64,000 nt of DNA, taken from positions 104,656,001 to 104,720,000 of the forward strand of contig NC_092344.1 in the NCBI RefSeq assembly GCF_963676685.1, written 5' to 3'. Below, one piece after another: positions 12,501 through 24,619 of the stretch. The translations under genes and the position numbers were made by a program. The notes beneath the pieces are model-generated. The model was not told the DNA's origin. It saw nothing but the letters and a program-made list of their open reading frames with translations, and ran no database searches. Origin of the DNA: Mytilus edulis (taxonomy: Eukaryota). The first letter of the stretch is position 1, and each line of letters opens with the position of its first letter.

Positions 12501-15322
12501 GTGACCAGAGTGAAAACGTGTATTGTCTAAACTGACTTTCTGTGCTATACAATGAAACTTGGTTGCATTTTACTGATAAAAGAGGGACGAAAGATACCAA
12601 AGGGACAGTCAAACTCATAAATCTAAAACAAACTGACAACGCCATGGCTAAAAATGAAAAAGACAAACAGAAAAACAATAGTACACATGACACAACATAG
12701 AAAACTAAAGAATAAACAACACGAACCCCACCAAAAACTAGGGGTGATCTCAGGTGCTCCGGAAGGGTAAGCAGATCCTGCTCCACATGTGGCACTCGTC
12801 GTGTTGCTTATGTGATTATAAATCCGGTAAATAGTCTAATTCGGTAGGTCACATTCATGAAAGGGAAGGGGATTGTAGTTACGACGTAAGGAACATATCC
12901 GATATCATTTGTGAAACGGTTATTCCATAACGGTCAACCAACTCGTGATGGCGTCCGTAAAATTTACGAAGGGATGATTTCAACTTCACCATTTGGAACT
13001 CTTGGTTTAATAGCTTCCTTGTGAGCAGTAACCCTCTATCAAGAAAATCATGATAGGAAATGCAAGCACGGGAATATCGTATCAATTGGGAGATATATAC
13101 CCCGTATGCAGGTGCTGCTGGAATGTTGCTACTTAGAAATGGAAAGTTCACAATTGGAAAGCTGAAATCATCTCTTTTGTCGTAATGTTTTGTTTTCAAC
13201 TGACCCTCATTGTCAATTTCTAGATGTAAGTCAAGATATGAAGCCGACTTAACTGTATCTGTAGTATCCTTTATCTCCAATTCGATGGGATAGATGCGTT
13301 CCACATAGTGACCAAATTTTGAATTATGTAGTAAAAGAACGTCATCTATATAGCGGAAAGTAGAGTTAAAGGATATTGCTAACTTCTTATCTTTCTTCCT
13401 AAGAAGTTCCTGCATGAAGTCAGCCTCATAATAATAAAGAAACAAGTCGGCAAGTAGAGGGGCACAGTTTGTTCCCATTGGGATGCCGACAGTCTGTTGA
13501 AAAACACGTCCTCCGAACGTTACAAATATGTTGTCAAACAAGAAATCAAGCATCTTGATAATATCGGTTTCAGAGAATTTTTTGTTTGAATCAGAGTGAT
13601 TCTTTACAAAGTATGATTTATCCCTCCCTAAGACAAGATACTTGTATCTACGTTGGCCATTCTTTTTTATGAAGCAAAGTAATACCAACTCTTTTAAATT
13701 GTCTTTTAGTTTGGAATGTGGAATACTTGTGTACAGAGTAGACAAGTCAAATGTTTTAATACTGTTACAAGATGAAAGAGAGTTAGATTGTATGATAAAA
13801 GTCATGGCTATATATAAGGGCGAAAAATGATGTGGGCTCTTCTGGGATGAATTTGTTATCTAATAATAACATAAGGAATTTGTTATGTATAGAATGTCCT
13901 CACGATTTGTTCTTATTGTGTAATATTCGAAAAGTTTCAGTACTTCAATAATTGTTTGTCAAATCCACTTTATTATTGAAATACTGAAACTATTCTAATA
14001 TTACACAATTAAAGAGAAGATTTAAGGTTCTAACTTCCAGAGTTATCTTTAGATAATTTGTCTACTGTGGTGTCCCATTTGGTAATAATTATCTTCAAGT
14101 ATTCATTCATCCCTTGACTGTAATTGTTTTGGTTTTGAGCGTTCCTGATTAGACTTAATAGACCGCATCAAATGTATAGTTATATTTTCGTTACCTTACC
14201 TATATAAATCATTGAATCATCAGTTGAAAATCCGAACAGAACAAAACATGCTACACCAGATAGCATGCAAAAGATTGAAATCACGTCATCATTTAGACGA
14301 ACACAGCATACGTGTAGAAATTTGATCACGAAACCGCCTAAAATATATACTGTACAATTGGTTATAGTGTTGTACCATCCAATATGTTCCGAAGTCCAAC
14401 AAAAAGGTTCGCCTAAGATATAAATTGTTCTTATCGAGAAAGCACCATTCATGGGCAAGTAATAAAGACAGTACACAACAAAATATAATATAAGAAATCT
14501 GACGTAATGTTTGCTATTTTGTTTTGATGATTTCCATAATGTGAACAACTGTCCTGGAATTTCGCGGAAACGGAGTGTTGATGTAATTTCTTGTGGTTTC
14601 CACGGATCTTTAAGAGTAATGGTGATTAAGATTAACAGAGAGAGCATTAGTCCTGATGATATAAGATAAGGGTAAGAAAAACCAACAAGTTGTATCAAAT
14701 ATCCAGTACCGACTTGAGAGCATGCAGTCCCAAGTCCAAGGAGTGCTTCATAAACAACAAGCACGAAAGATCTTTCTTTTCCTTCTGACGTGCAATCTGC
14801 CAAAATTGCAATATTGGCTAAATGAAAAACGTAAAAATTTCCAGATAAACCCAGAATTCCACAAGCAACAACATAGTAATATAAATGTAAATTCATGTAA
14901 ACAATTGTTGTTTTTAAAGCAAGTGATACACATACTAACAAAACGTTCCAAAGAATAAGAGGTTTTCGTCCAATTTTATCTGCCATTGGACCTACAAACA
15001 TTAAAACCGGAAGTGCAAATCCAGCCTGTGCTAACGAAATATACCACGACCAATTTGAGGTTAAACCTTGGATTTTGTCATCAGAAGCTGATGTTGAATT
15101 GATGATACATGCCTTTTGTGCTTGTAGAGAATCGTTAGCTGCTTTGAAGTCGGTAGAATTTGTAACACTTTTTAAATACGCATATATATACTGTGGTTCA
15201 GCTTGGCCAGATGTTTCAAATGCACAACCATAAATCATCACATAAACCACCACCCGTAATTGAGTACCAAAACTTCCGAATGATTTATCATGTTCTTTTA
15301 AAAGAGGTTTCGTTTCCTCCAT
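9559..15322 (-). CDS. SLC46-family (PCFT/SLC46A3-like) MFS transporter paralog B, 4 exons, ~486 aa
   Basis: Exons 15322-14200, 11435-11352 (84 nt), 10658-10502 (157 nt), 9655-9559; all GT..AG with consistent phases. Motifs GPMADKIGRKP, LGEPFCW..HIGW, IKAVLSRLVSKDKQGVLFS, FNNIY; ends EKTELLQ*. Confidence 0.9.
10770..11100 (+). mobile_element. Degenerate retroelement gag-like fragment (possibly DIRS/Ngaro) in intron 2 of paralog B
   Basis: DNKDDAVNLRSAISRANSRRR followed, after frameshifts, by a G/N/R-rich stretch and CFYCNQPG(Q), a zinc-knuckle remnant. Confidence 0.4.
12577..13795 (-). mobile_element. Penelope-like element reverse transcriptase, 5'-truncated, with 3' UTR
   Basis: ORF 12879-13805: FDLSTLYTSIPH, QQTVGIPMGTNCAPLLADLFL, FRYIDD, YLDL, YDKRDDFSFPIVNFPFLSSNIP..AYGVYISQLIRYSRAC. 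No C-terminal GIY-YIG. Lies in intron 1 of paralog B. Confidence 0.88.
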
Positions 15323-16614
15323 TATTAAAATATATTCCAGTAAGTCTGTTTTGTCCCAATTTTTATAAGGTCACTCAATGTATTCATAATTTAATGTGTC
15401 AAATGTTATCTTAATATTTACATTACACACGTGGTGTCGTTGTATTCAAACATTTACATGTATTAGTAGATAATGCTAAAAATAACATTTAAATTCAAAT
15501 ATAAAGCAACAGTGATTTGTTTAATAATTATAGAAGCAGTGATATCAATACTGCTTAAGATCTTCAACATCGCTAATCTTGTTGACAAACATCTGTTTTT
15601 ACACAATTGAATTGACAATTTTCTTTCAAATGCATAATAACACTTGAATGGTCCTCCATATTTAACCGACTGTCTACCTCAAATAACATCGGCCAATGGA
15701 TACAACCTGAAATAATGATAGATATATATACCTCCTACATGTAGACTACGAATAACTTAAACAAGTCCTTCGTACCTTTTACTGTCAGGATATGGAATAA
15801 TTTAAATCCAAGAAGAAAAACACAATATATCCTACAATATATACGAAAACAATAGGTGAACCATTTAGACCTCTAACATATTATGGGAAAGAGTCCAGAA
15901 AATTTAATTTAAAAAACATGTATACGAGACTTAGAGTAGTTCAGTAAGAGCAGACTTTTAAAGTAAGATAAATATAGTGAATGATTTAAATACTCCTGTG
16001 GTTCTCCTGTTGAAGATGCCATCAGTTACTTCCTAGAATGATACTAATTAATATGTCAATCAAGGAATATCTCTGGCGAATGATCTTATAAATATAAACA
16101 TACGGCATTGACATTGCAATGCAATACATTATATAAGAACAAAAGTAACTCTGAATACTTTGATGTCGTTTCATAAAACGGTCAAAAAGATTTAAGCAGT
16201 CCAAGTCAACAGTTTTGTCTCTTTCTTTTTCTTTTCTCTCTTTTCTATTTGCTTTTTCGAAAATTTTGTTGTTGCCATTCCAATGTGACTTCTTCCTTTA
16301 ATTTCTATTACTGTGAAGCTATGTTGTGTATGTGTTTGCTGTCATCACATGTGTTTATTGTATATGTAAGGAAAGAATATAATATACGTAAAAAACATTT
16401 ATTTACATCATATAAGAATTTCATGATTTTCTTAAATTAGATTTCGAAACCTTTCTGCTTTGGTCAGAACAGAACTAATTTCAGTTTCAAATATTTTATG
16501 TGCTATAACATCGTGGAATGAACAGTCAATGCAATTTGACTGCTCAAATAGCACAGCTACAGTATATATATATTTACAGATCTAACATTGTTGGGTTGAT
16601 GTTTAGACGAGTTG

Positions 16615-16640
<26 letters not shown>

Positions 16641-16647
<7 letters not shown>

Positions 16648-19520
16648 ACTGAATATATATATAAAATGACTGAATAAATAGTCAACGATCAATCTTACAG
16701 GGCGATGGATCATGTAATATGATTCTGTACACTACAAAATATAATATATAACAAGTCAAAAAGGGTACAACATCACCATTAAATAACTATAAAATATACA
16801 AATATTATATATTTCGGATAACAGATATCCTTCTTCAATAATAGCACGATGTCAAATGAATCATGTCAATATATTCAAACTGAGATACTTTTTCTAAATC
16901 TTGAATTTATACAATTTAAGCGAACACCACAGACGCTGATAAAATTTTAAAATTTCCAAACACGGCGCAAAGATTACAAAGATATGCCAAATGGAAATAG
17001 TTATTTTCGTTGTGAACTGGCACAACTCTAGATTTCCAAAGGTTGTGACAGTTGAGATATTATAACTGCATTGAGGGCAGTCCTCAAACAAAAAAATCAA
17101 AAATGTCCTAACCGATCCAGGATGGTATAAATTAGACAACGGTAGGGCAATTACAACAGAAACTACATATTTAAGCCTCCCAAACGAATAGCAGTCTAAT
17201 AATGATTGAAAAAATAAGTTAAATATAATGAAGTAAAATAATTGAACGTGGCAATGTACTTATACATCATCCCGAATCAATGGAAACCTGCAATTTAAAC
17301 TGTTATTTTTAAAAATAATTTCGAACTGTAAAACCAGTACTAAATCCGGCGTTGTTTGAAACAGGTGGTCACAGGAAAATGAGGGACTCGTTCTATGTTT
17401 TTTCATTTATGCCCTCTGGTGAAACTGTCCGTAACTTTCTGATCCAAAATCTTTCCCGAGCGACTCTGTCGACCTTCGATCAACCCTCGTTGTGGTCTAT
17501 GATTGTGATGGTAAGGTTTTTAAGATCAGCTTGTGTGTGTCCAGGTGATCTCAAATGACGACTTACTGGTAGGTCGGGCTTGCAAGTGTAGTCACTTCGA
17601 TGACCATTCATGCGTTTGTTGAATGGCTGCTCTGTCTCGCCAACATACTGCATGCCACATCGACACTGAAGGATGTATACAACATTCTGGGTTTTGCAAG
17701 TTACATTGCAATATATAGTGTACACAGACCCAGTCGAGTGGCAAGTGAATGTTTGAGTATTCAGTATTTGTATCAGACCCAGTCGAGTGGCAAGTGAATG
17801 TTTGAGTATTCAGTATTTGTATCAACAAATACTGAATACTCAAACATTCACTTGCCACTACAAATACTGAATACTCAAACATTCACTTGCCACTCGACTG
17901 GGTCTGTGTACATCTGTGTACACTATATATTGCAATGTAACTTGCAAAACCCAGAATGTTGTATACATCCTTCAGTGTCGATGTGGCATGCAGTATGTTG
18001 GCGAGACAGAGCAGCCATTCAACAAACGCATGAATGGTCATCGAAGTGACTACACTTGCAAGCCCGACCTACCAGTAAGTCGTCATTTGAGATCACCTGG
18101 ACACACACAAGCTGATCTTAAAAACTTTACCATCACAATCATAGACCACAACGAGGGTTGGTCGAAGGTCGACAGAGTCGCTCGAGAAAGATTTTGGATC
18201 AGAAAGTTACGGACAGTTTCACCAGAGGGCATAAATGAAAAAACATAGAACGAGTCCCTCATTTTCCTGTGACCACCTGTTTCAAACAACGCCGGATTTA
18301 GTACTGGTTTTACAGTTCGAAATTATTTTTAAAAATAACAGTTTAAATTGCAGGTTTCCATTGATTCGGGATGATGTATAAGTACGTTGCCACGTTCAAT
18401 TATTTTACTTCATTATATTTAACTTATTTTTTCAATCATTATTAGACTGCTATTCGTTTGGGAGGCTTAAATATGTAGTTTCTGTTGTAATTGCCCTACC
18501 GTTGTCTAATTTATACCATCCTGGATCGGTTAGGACATTTTTGATTTTTTTGTTTGAGGACTGCCCTCAATGCAGTTATAATATCTCAACTGTCACAACC
18601 TTTGGAAATCTAGAGTTGTGCCAGTTCACAACGAAAATAACTATTTTCATTTGGCATATCTTTGTAATCTTTGCGCCGTGTTTGGAAATTTTAAAATTTT
18701 ATCAGCGTCTGTGGTGTTCGCTTAAATTGTATAAATTCAAGATTTAGAAAAAAGTATCTCAGTTTGAATATATTGACATGATTCATTTGACATCGTGCTA
18801 TTATTGAAGAAGGATATCTGTTATCCGAAATATCTAATATTTGTATATTTTATAGTTATTTAATGGTGATGTTGTACCCTTTTTGACTTGTTATATATAT
18901 ATATATATATGGATGTATAAGTACGTAGCCACGTTCAATTATTTTACCTCATTAGATAAAACTATCATTATTAGACTGCTATTCGTTTGGGAGGCTTAAA
19001 TGTGTAGTTTCTGTGCAATTGCACTACCGTTGTCAAATTTGAAATATTATACCAACTTGGATCGGTTAGGACATTTTTGATTTTTTGTTTGAGGACTGCC
19101 CTCGATGCAGTTATAACATCTAAACTGTCACAACCTTTTGAAATTTAGAGTTGTGCCAGTTCACATCGAAAATAACTTTTTTCATTTGGCATATCTTTGT
19201 AATCTTTGCGCCGTGTTTGGAAATTTTAAAATTGTATCAGCGTCTGTGTTCGCTTAAATTGTATAAATTTCAAGATTTAGAAAAAGTTTCTCAGTTTGAA
19301 TATATTTACATGATTCATTTGACATCGTGCTATTATTGAAGAAGGATATCTGTTATCCGAAATATCTAATATTTGTTCATTTTATAGTTATTTAATGGTG
19401 ATGTTGTACCCTTTTTGACTTGTTATATATTATATTTTGTAGTGTACAGAATCATATTACATGATCCATCGCCCTGTAAGATTGATCGTTGACTATTTAT
19501 TCAGTCATTTTATATATATA
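16641..19520. mobile_element. Penelope-like (Neptune-type) insertion: inverted 5'-truncated copies plus tandem pseudo-LTR, in (TA)n
   Basis: About 16745-17730 is the reverse complement of about 17913-18898. A second, more diverged pLTR copy spans 18911-19512. (TA)n at both ends and at 18893-18910. Confidence 0.9.
17916..18248 (+). pseudogene. GIY-YIG endonuclease domain of Penelope-like element (mirror copy on minus strand, ~17393-17725, with TGG>TGA stop)
   Basis: TCKTQNVVYILQCRCGMQYVGETEQPFNKRMNGHRS...VSRHL...H...RERFWIRKLRTVSPEGINE. RT absent. Confidence 0.88.
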
Positions 19521-19739
19521 TACATATATACATGGATTCATCAGTATTTATTATCTAAGAAATAGAATACAAAGCCAAAATACAACAATATCATTTGCTG
19601 TGAACAATATAGAAAAGACTGACCCATTTGGTCGATAGTATACTGCTTGTAAAGAATTTGAACCCAATGGTATCAACAACCCAGTATTCACATGTTTTGA
19701 CATGATGATGATGATTGTTTATAAAATATTGAATTATTA

Positions 19740-19930
19740 GCAAGGACTTTCTACCCCAGGCAAACTAGCCTAGACATATTTGGTACAACTTTTGAGAAGA
19801 TTTCGGTTTTGATACTTTTCAAATTCGTTTTGATTATATACGTTTTTGATTCGAGCGGCATTCATAAGTCGTACTAGTATATAGAAACGCGACTCTGGCG
19901 TACCAAATTACAAGCCTGTGTCTCAAATGA
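19740..19930 (+). repeat. Degenerate copy of the retrozyme-like repeat
   Basis: gagcggca...gaaacgcgactctggcgtac resembles the reverse complement of 21804-22170; hammerhead core decayed. Confidence 0.55.
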
Positions 19931-20872
19931 GTTTTTACCAACAATGCGCCTCTGCCAATGCTGTATGTACAGAGGGTTATAACCAGCTCATTGTTAAGCC
20001 TTCTTATTTGGTTTTGGCATTCTCACTGTGAATTCGAGTGGCAGCGGCGAGTCCCATGCAGTCAAAAGCGCAGTCTGTCGTTCAACCTATATACCTTGTA
20101 GTTTTATTTGGTGACATTTATAAGTGTATTTAACTAAATATCTTTTCTATATGATTTTGGTTTTATGAATAGTATTTTTTTATTCAAGATAACTTTGTTA
20201 AGAGGAGATGTAGGAAATGATAAGCCAACAAGGCATCATTCCCAGGCTAACGATAGTGTTAAAAAAAGTGGTGAATCCAAGAAAGTAATATTCGCATTAA
20301 ATCCGATAGATCGGGCAAATGTGAGCTGTAAACATGTATTCGACGCAAAAACGTATGCACAAATGTCATTCTTAATTCTCTTTCGAATAGATTTGTTGAA
20401 TAGGTACAAAAATGTATAATGATATCCAAATATCTATTGTTTCTTACTTACTTTCGTCCAGATTTAAAAACGTGGTTATCATTTTAACTGATGAAATCTA
20501 TCTATACATGCATATTGTAGTGTTGTTTTCCATTTGTACCAGAAATTAAAGTCCAAGTCTAACCAAGAATATTATTTTAATTTATTAGTTTATAGCCTGA
20601 TTCCAATAAACAGAGAAAGGAATGCTTTGCAAAACATACAAAAAGCTCTAAAATTTATGTGAACAAATATTCCAAGGAAAAGATGAGTGATTTTTTTTTA
20701 TCCAATCGTCCACTTGTCTCGACAGTCCTCTGTGATTTATGTCAACTTTAGTTGTATTGTGACGCATTCAACAATATATTTTACAGAACCTTTTGTCAAG
20801 AAAGTCAATAGTGCATGTATGTTTTTCATTGACAACTGAATATTTGGAGATTATTCAACTATAGTATGGACG

Positions 20873-23800
20873 TTATTTTTCAATTCTTTCTATCTGAACA
20901 TCAGGATTGTGAACCACCAAGTCAGTGTGGCTTGTTGAAGACTTTCTCAAAATGGCGAACCTTAAGAAATAAAAAATTGGTAAATAAATCAATAATATTT
21001 CTTGGTTGAAACTGAATGTACATGATAATCAAATCAGTATGGCTTGTTTAAGATTTTCTGATAAAAGAATAATTATATAATGATTTGTTTTCGATTGAAA
21101 AAAGAGTTTATACATGACAATCAACGCAGTGTGGCTTGTTGAATATTTTCTATAAATAGAAAGCCTTTAAATTATAAAAAAAAACACAAATCTTCACGAA
21201 ATGAACATACATGTATGACAATAACCGCATTTGATTTGTGGGTATAATGAAAGAAACACTTAATTAATTTTCCTCCGTCTGCAGCGTTTATCTGGTGAAC
21301 ATCGATTCACGTTTTTCCTCTGCGGTTCCCCACGATGGCGATGACAAAAAAAAGAATTATTTAACACTCAACAATAGTTTTCTGTAATATTCCCTTCTTT
21401 TCAAATGAACTGTTGAATTTTGAATGATTAGTTGTTTAATCCTGAAGTGTGGTTTGTCAATGATTCCGTACTTGAAAAGGGAAAATGAACTTACATAATC
21501 AAAATTGTGCCCAATATCTGGAATCCAGCCATTACGAAAAATACCAAACCTTTGTATAAAGGTCTTGTTTCATAGTAAATATTGTTGAACACTGATGAAC
21601 CTCCCACTGCACAAGCGGCTGCTACAAGACAGATATTGGAAAACAAAACACCTAAGAAGAAAATGAAAAATAAATAACAACAGTATTAAATCAAGTAGCA
21701 TTGAAAATAAAGTGTTGATCAGTTAATTTTATCATGCAGTTGTATGGAACAAAAACACAAATAAACGGTCAGATAACAGTTTAAAAATGCCTTCTTAATA
21801 CATATAGTTGTCAAAGGTACCAGGATTATAATTAAATACGCAAAACGCGCGTTTCGTCTACATAAGACTCATCAGTGACGCTTAGATCAAAATGGTTATA
21901 AAGCTACACTAGTACAAAGTTGAAGAGCATTGAGGACCCAAAATTCCAAAAAGTTGTACCTAATACGGCTAAGATAATCTATGTCTGGGATAAGAAAATC
22001 CTTAGTTTTTCGAAAAATTTTAAGTTTTGTAAACAGGAAATTTATAAAAATGACCAAATGATTGATATTGATATCACCACTGGGCTGGTGATAACCTCGG
22101 GGACGAAACGTCGACCCGCAGTGGCATCTACCCAGTGGTGTAAATAGTTATCAAAGGTACCAGGATAATATTCATCTAAATTATTATAGTATCAAACTTT
22201 TCCATGTATAAGTGCAAAGATGGCACTATTCCTTCCGTATCTTGCATAAATCATATCGTTCTGGACAGTATATCAGACTATAATACCCTAAATATCTTTA
22301 CATTCTCATATATCTTTTAATCAAATATCAAGTCGCTATATATTTGTATAAGTTTACCTTGTTTTTCAGGAATAACTAATCTAGACATGATCGCTTTCAG
22401 TAAAGGTATACAAAGAATCCTAAACAAACCAACTGCTGTAGCTGAAAAATATCTTTTTTAAATATTACATATAGTTTAATGAGTTGTGAAAGTATTGGTA
22501 GCTCATCATATTCATCATCTACTTGGTGTGTTTTGAAATTTTGTTTAGTGTTTAGAATTCTTATTACCACCTATTTATCCCGAAGTTGGTTTATTCCTTT
22601 TGTCTAGCAATTAATAAGACTGGTCTTAGTTAATAAATATCACCGTCATAATAGTGCTTTATCGTTTGAAATCTCTGGTTGATTTATTTTATAATCTTGA
22701 TTAATTTACAACGCTGCTCTGTTAACTATTTGCTGGCGGCATACGTTTGTAGCTCATGTACATGTGCAATGCAGTGTCAATCTATAGGGTCAATTACGTA
22801 ACCAGTTTCTTTAGAATTGTAAAAAAAGTATAAATATACGCAAAAAAAAACTAGATAAATTTTGAAGAAGTGCTTGCGTATCATGCAGATTAAAAATCAT
22901 TTTAATGATATTTTAGTGCAAGGGAAGTTGCAGTTAATGAAAATCAATCTATAAACTTAGAAGCATATATACCTCCATAAAGCATCCAGTCAGTGTTGGA
23001 CAGACCATAAAATACAAAACAACCAACTGAAGAAACGAATCCTAATACGGCAATCGTTTCATCTACGACAACATACTGTAGAATTTTCATAATGAAGGTT
23101 GCGACTATGAATAATTCTATATCTTCACCTGCACCAAACCATCCTACATGAACTGGATTCCAACAAAATGGTGGACCAAGTTGGTATAGCGTTCTAATCG
23201 TCACAAAAGAATTAAATGGAAAATAATACAAAATATACACAATGAAAAACAAAATAAAATGGAAAATAGATACAGTCACTACAGATTTTTGACGGAATAA
23301 GGTAAATATCTGCATCAGAAAAGACGATATCGAAAGCTTAGGCCCTGTTTCCAGTTGTCTACATGTATCTTTCAATGTCACATAAACCAACAAAATATAC
23401 AACAAAAGAACAACTGATGTTATTAAGAATGGATAAGTATATCCTGTTAATTCTATTAGATATCCAGTGAGTAATTGTGCACAGGTAACTGAAATTCCAA
23501 GAAAAGAATCGAAAATTACCATAAGAAACGATCTTTCTTTGTTATCTGTAATATCTGCCATTATGGCGTGGTTTGCTAAATCAAACGTGTAGAAAGTTCC
23601 AGATATACCACTCACTACATGAGCAATAATCAACCAATAAAGATCCATTGACATATATACAATTACCGTCCGAAATGCAAACGATAGAAATGTAAATACT
23701 GCATTCCACAATAAAATGGGCTTTCGACCAACTCGATCAGCCATCGGACCAACCAAAATCACAATAGGTATGGCCACTCCATACTCTGAAACTGTGAAAT

Positions 23801-24056
23801 ACCAAGTCCAACTAGAAGCTTGTTCCTGGATGTTATCCTCATTGTTCTGGCCACATTCCTTCGGTTTTGATGTTGTCACATTATTTGTTTCATTCAAATC
23901 AGTATGTTCTTTTAAATATGCGTAGATAAACTGAGGTTCGGCTCGACCAGTAATATTTAAAGCAAATCCATACAGTAATGCGTAAGATAAAACGAATTCA
24001 CGGGTCCAACGGCTTGATCTATTCTGTTTTTGCACCAGTGGTGATTTTTCATCCAT
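20873..24056 (-). CDS. SLC46-family MFS transporter paralog C, 4 exons, ~470 aa
   Basis: Exons 24056-22973, 22441-22358 (84 nt), 21651-21495 (157 nt), 20960-20873 (last exon least certain). Motifs GPMADRVGRKP, LGPPFCWNPVHVGW, LKAIMSRLV. Confidence 0.87.
21804..22172 (-). mobile_element. Retrozyme-like non-autonomous unit (340-nt period) in intron 2 of paralog C
   Basis: Terminal direct repeat atagtt(g/a)tcaaaggtaccaggat at 21804 and 22144; hammerhead core near one end; no credible ORF. Confidence 0.75.
21838..21881 (-). ncRNA. Minimal type I hammerhead ribozyme
   Basis: Minus strand reads GCGUCA-CUGAUGA-GUCU uaugu AGAC-GAAA-CGCGCG-UU^-UUGCGU: intact core, 4-bp stem II, palindromic minimal stem III, stem I with one mismatch. 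Confidence 0.78.
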
Positions 24057-24619
24057 GATTTTATATCATTATTTTGTATATCATGTATACTAAAATGTTA
24101 TGTTTATCATGTTTTCTGATATATAGGTTATCTACTTACTAGTCGTGAGCTGTGGTGTATGATAGACTATAGATATATATAGCGAGGACAAATATATGAC
24201 TAAAGAATGTAACGAAAATGCATACAAGACCATATAAATTTGATACGTTCAAAAATGATGAAAAATAAAGGCAACAGTAGTATACTGCTGTCCGAAAGTC
24301 ATAAATCAATTGAGAGATAACAAATAAAGGTTACAAATTAAATCCGCGGGAAACACAAACTATAAGAAGAAAACAATGACATATCACATGTTGTACATAA
24401 AAGGATTTTGATGCGTAAATAAGTCATTTCATTTTCAAAAATTCAGCCGTATTAGTTTTTGATTAGTATTGTAAAACAATTTTGATCTTGACGAAATTTT
24501 TACTTTTAGAATGAGTGTTGTTAATTTCAAGCTTTCTTGAAACAAAGTGACTGCACAGAGAATTTTGAAATAACTTAATCGCTACAACTCATCATTATCA
24601 AAGTGCAGTCCAAATATGA

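Noticed and set aside
12780-12878. SECIS or HDV-like ribozyme in the Penelope-type 3' UTR
   Set aside because: Could not build convincing pairings by eye; needs a covariance search.
14180-14199. Treating ORF-track ends of the large SLC46 ORFs as true stop codons
   Set aside because: Each ORF runs a few codons past a conserved phase-1 GT donor into intron; true C-termini are in downstream exons.
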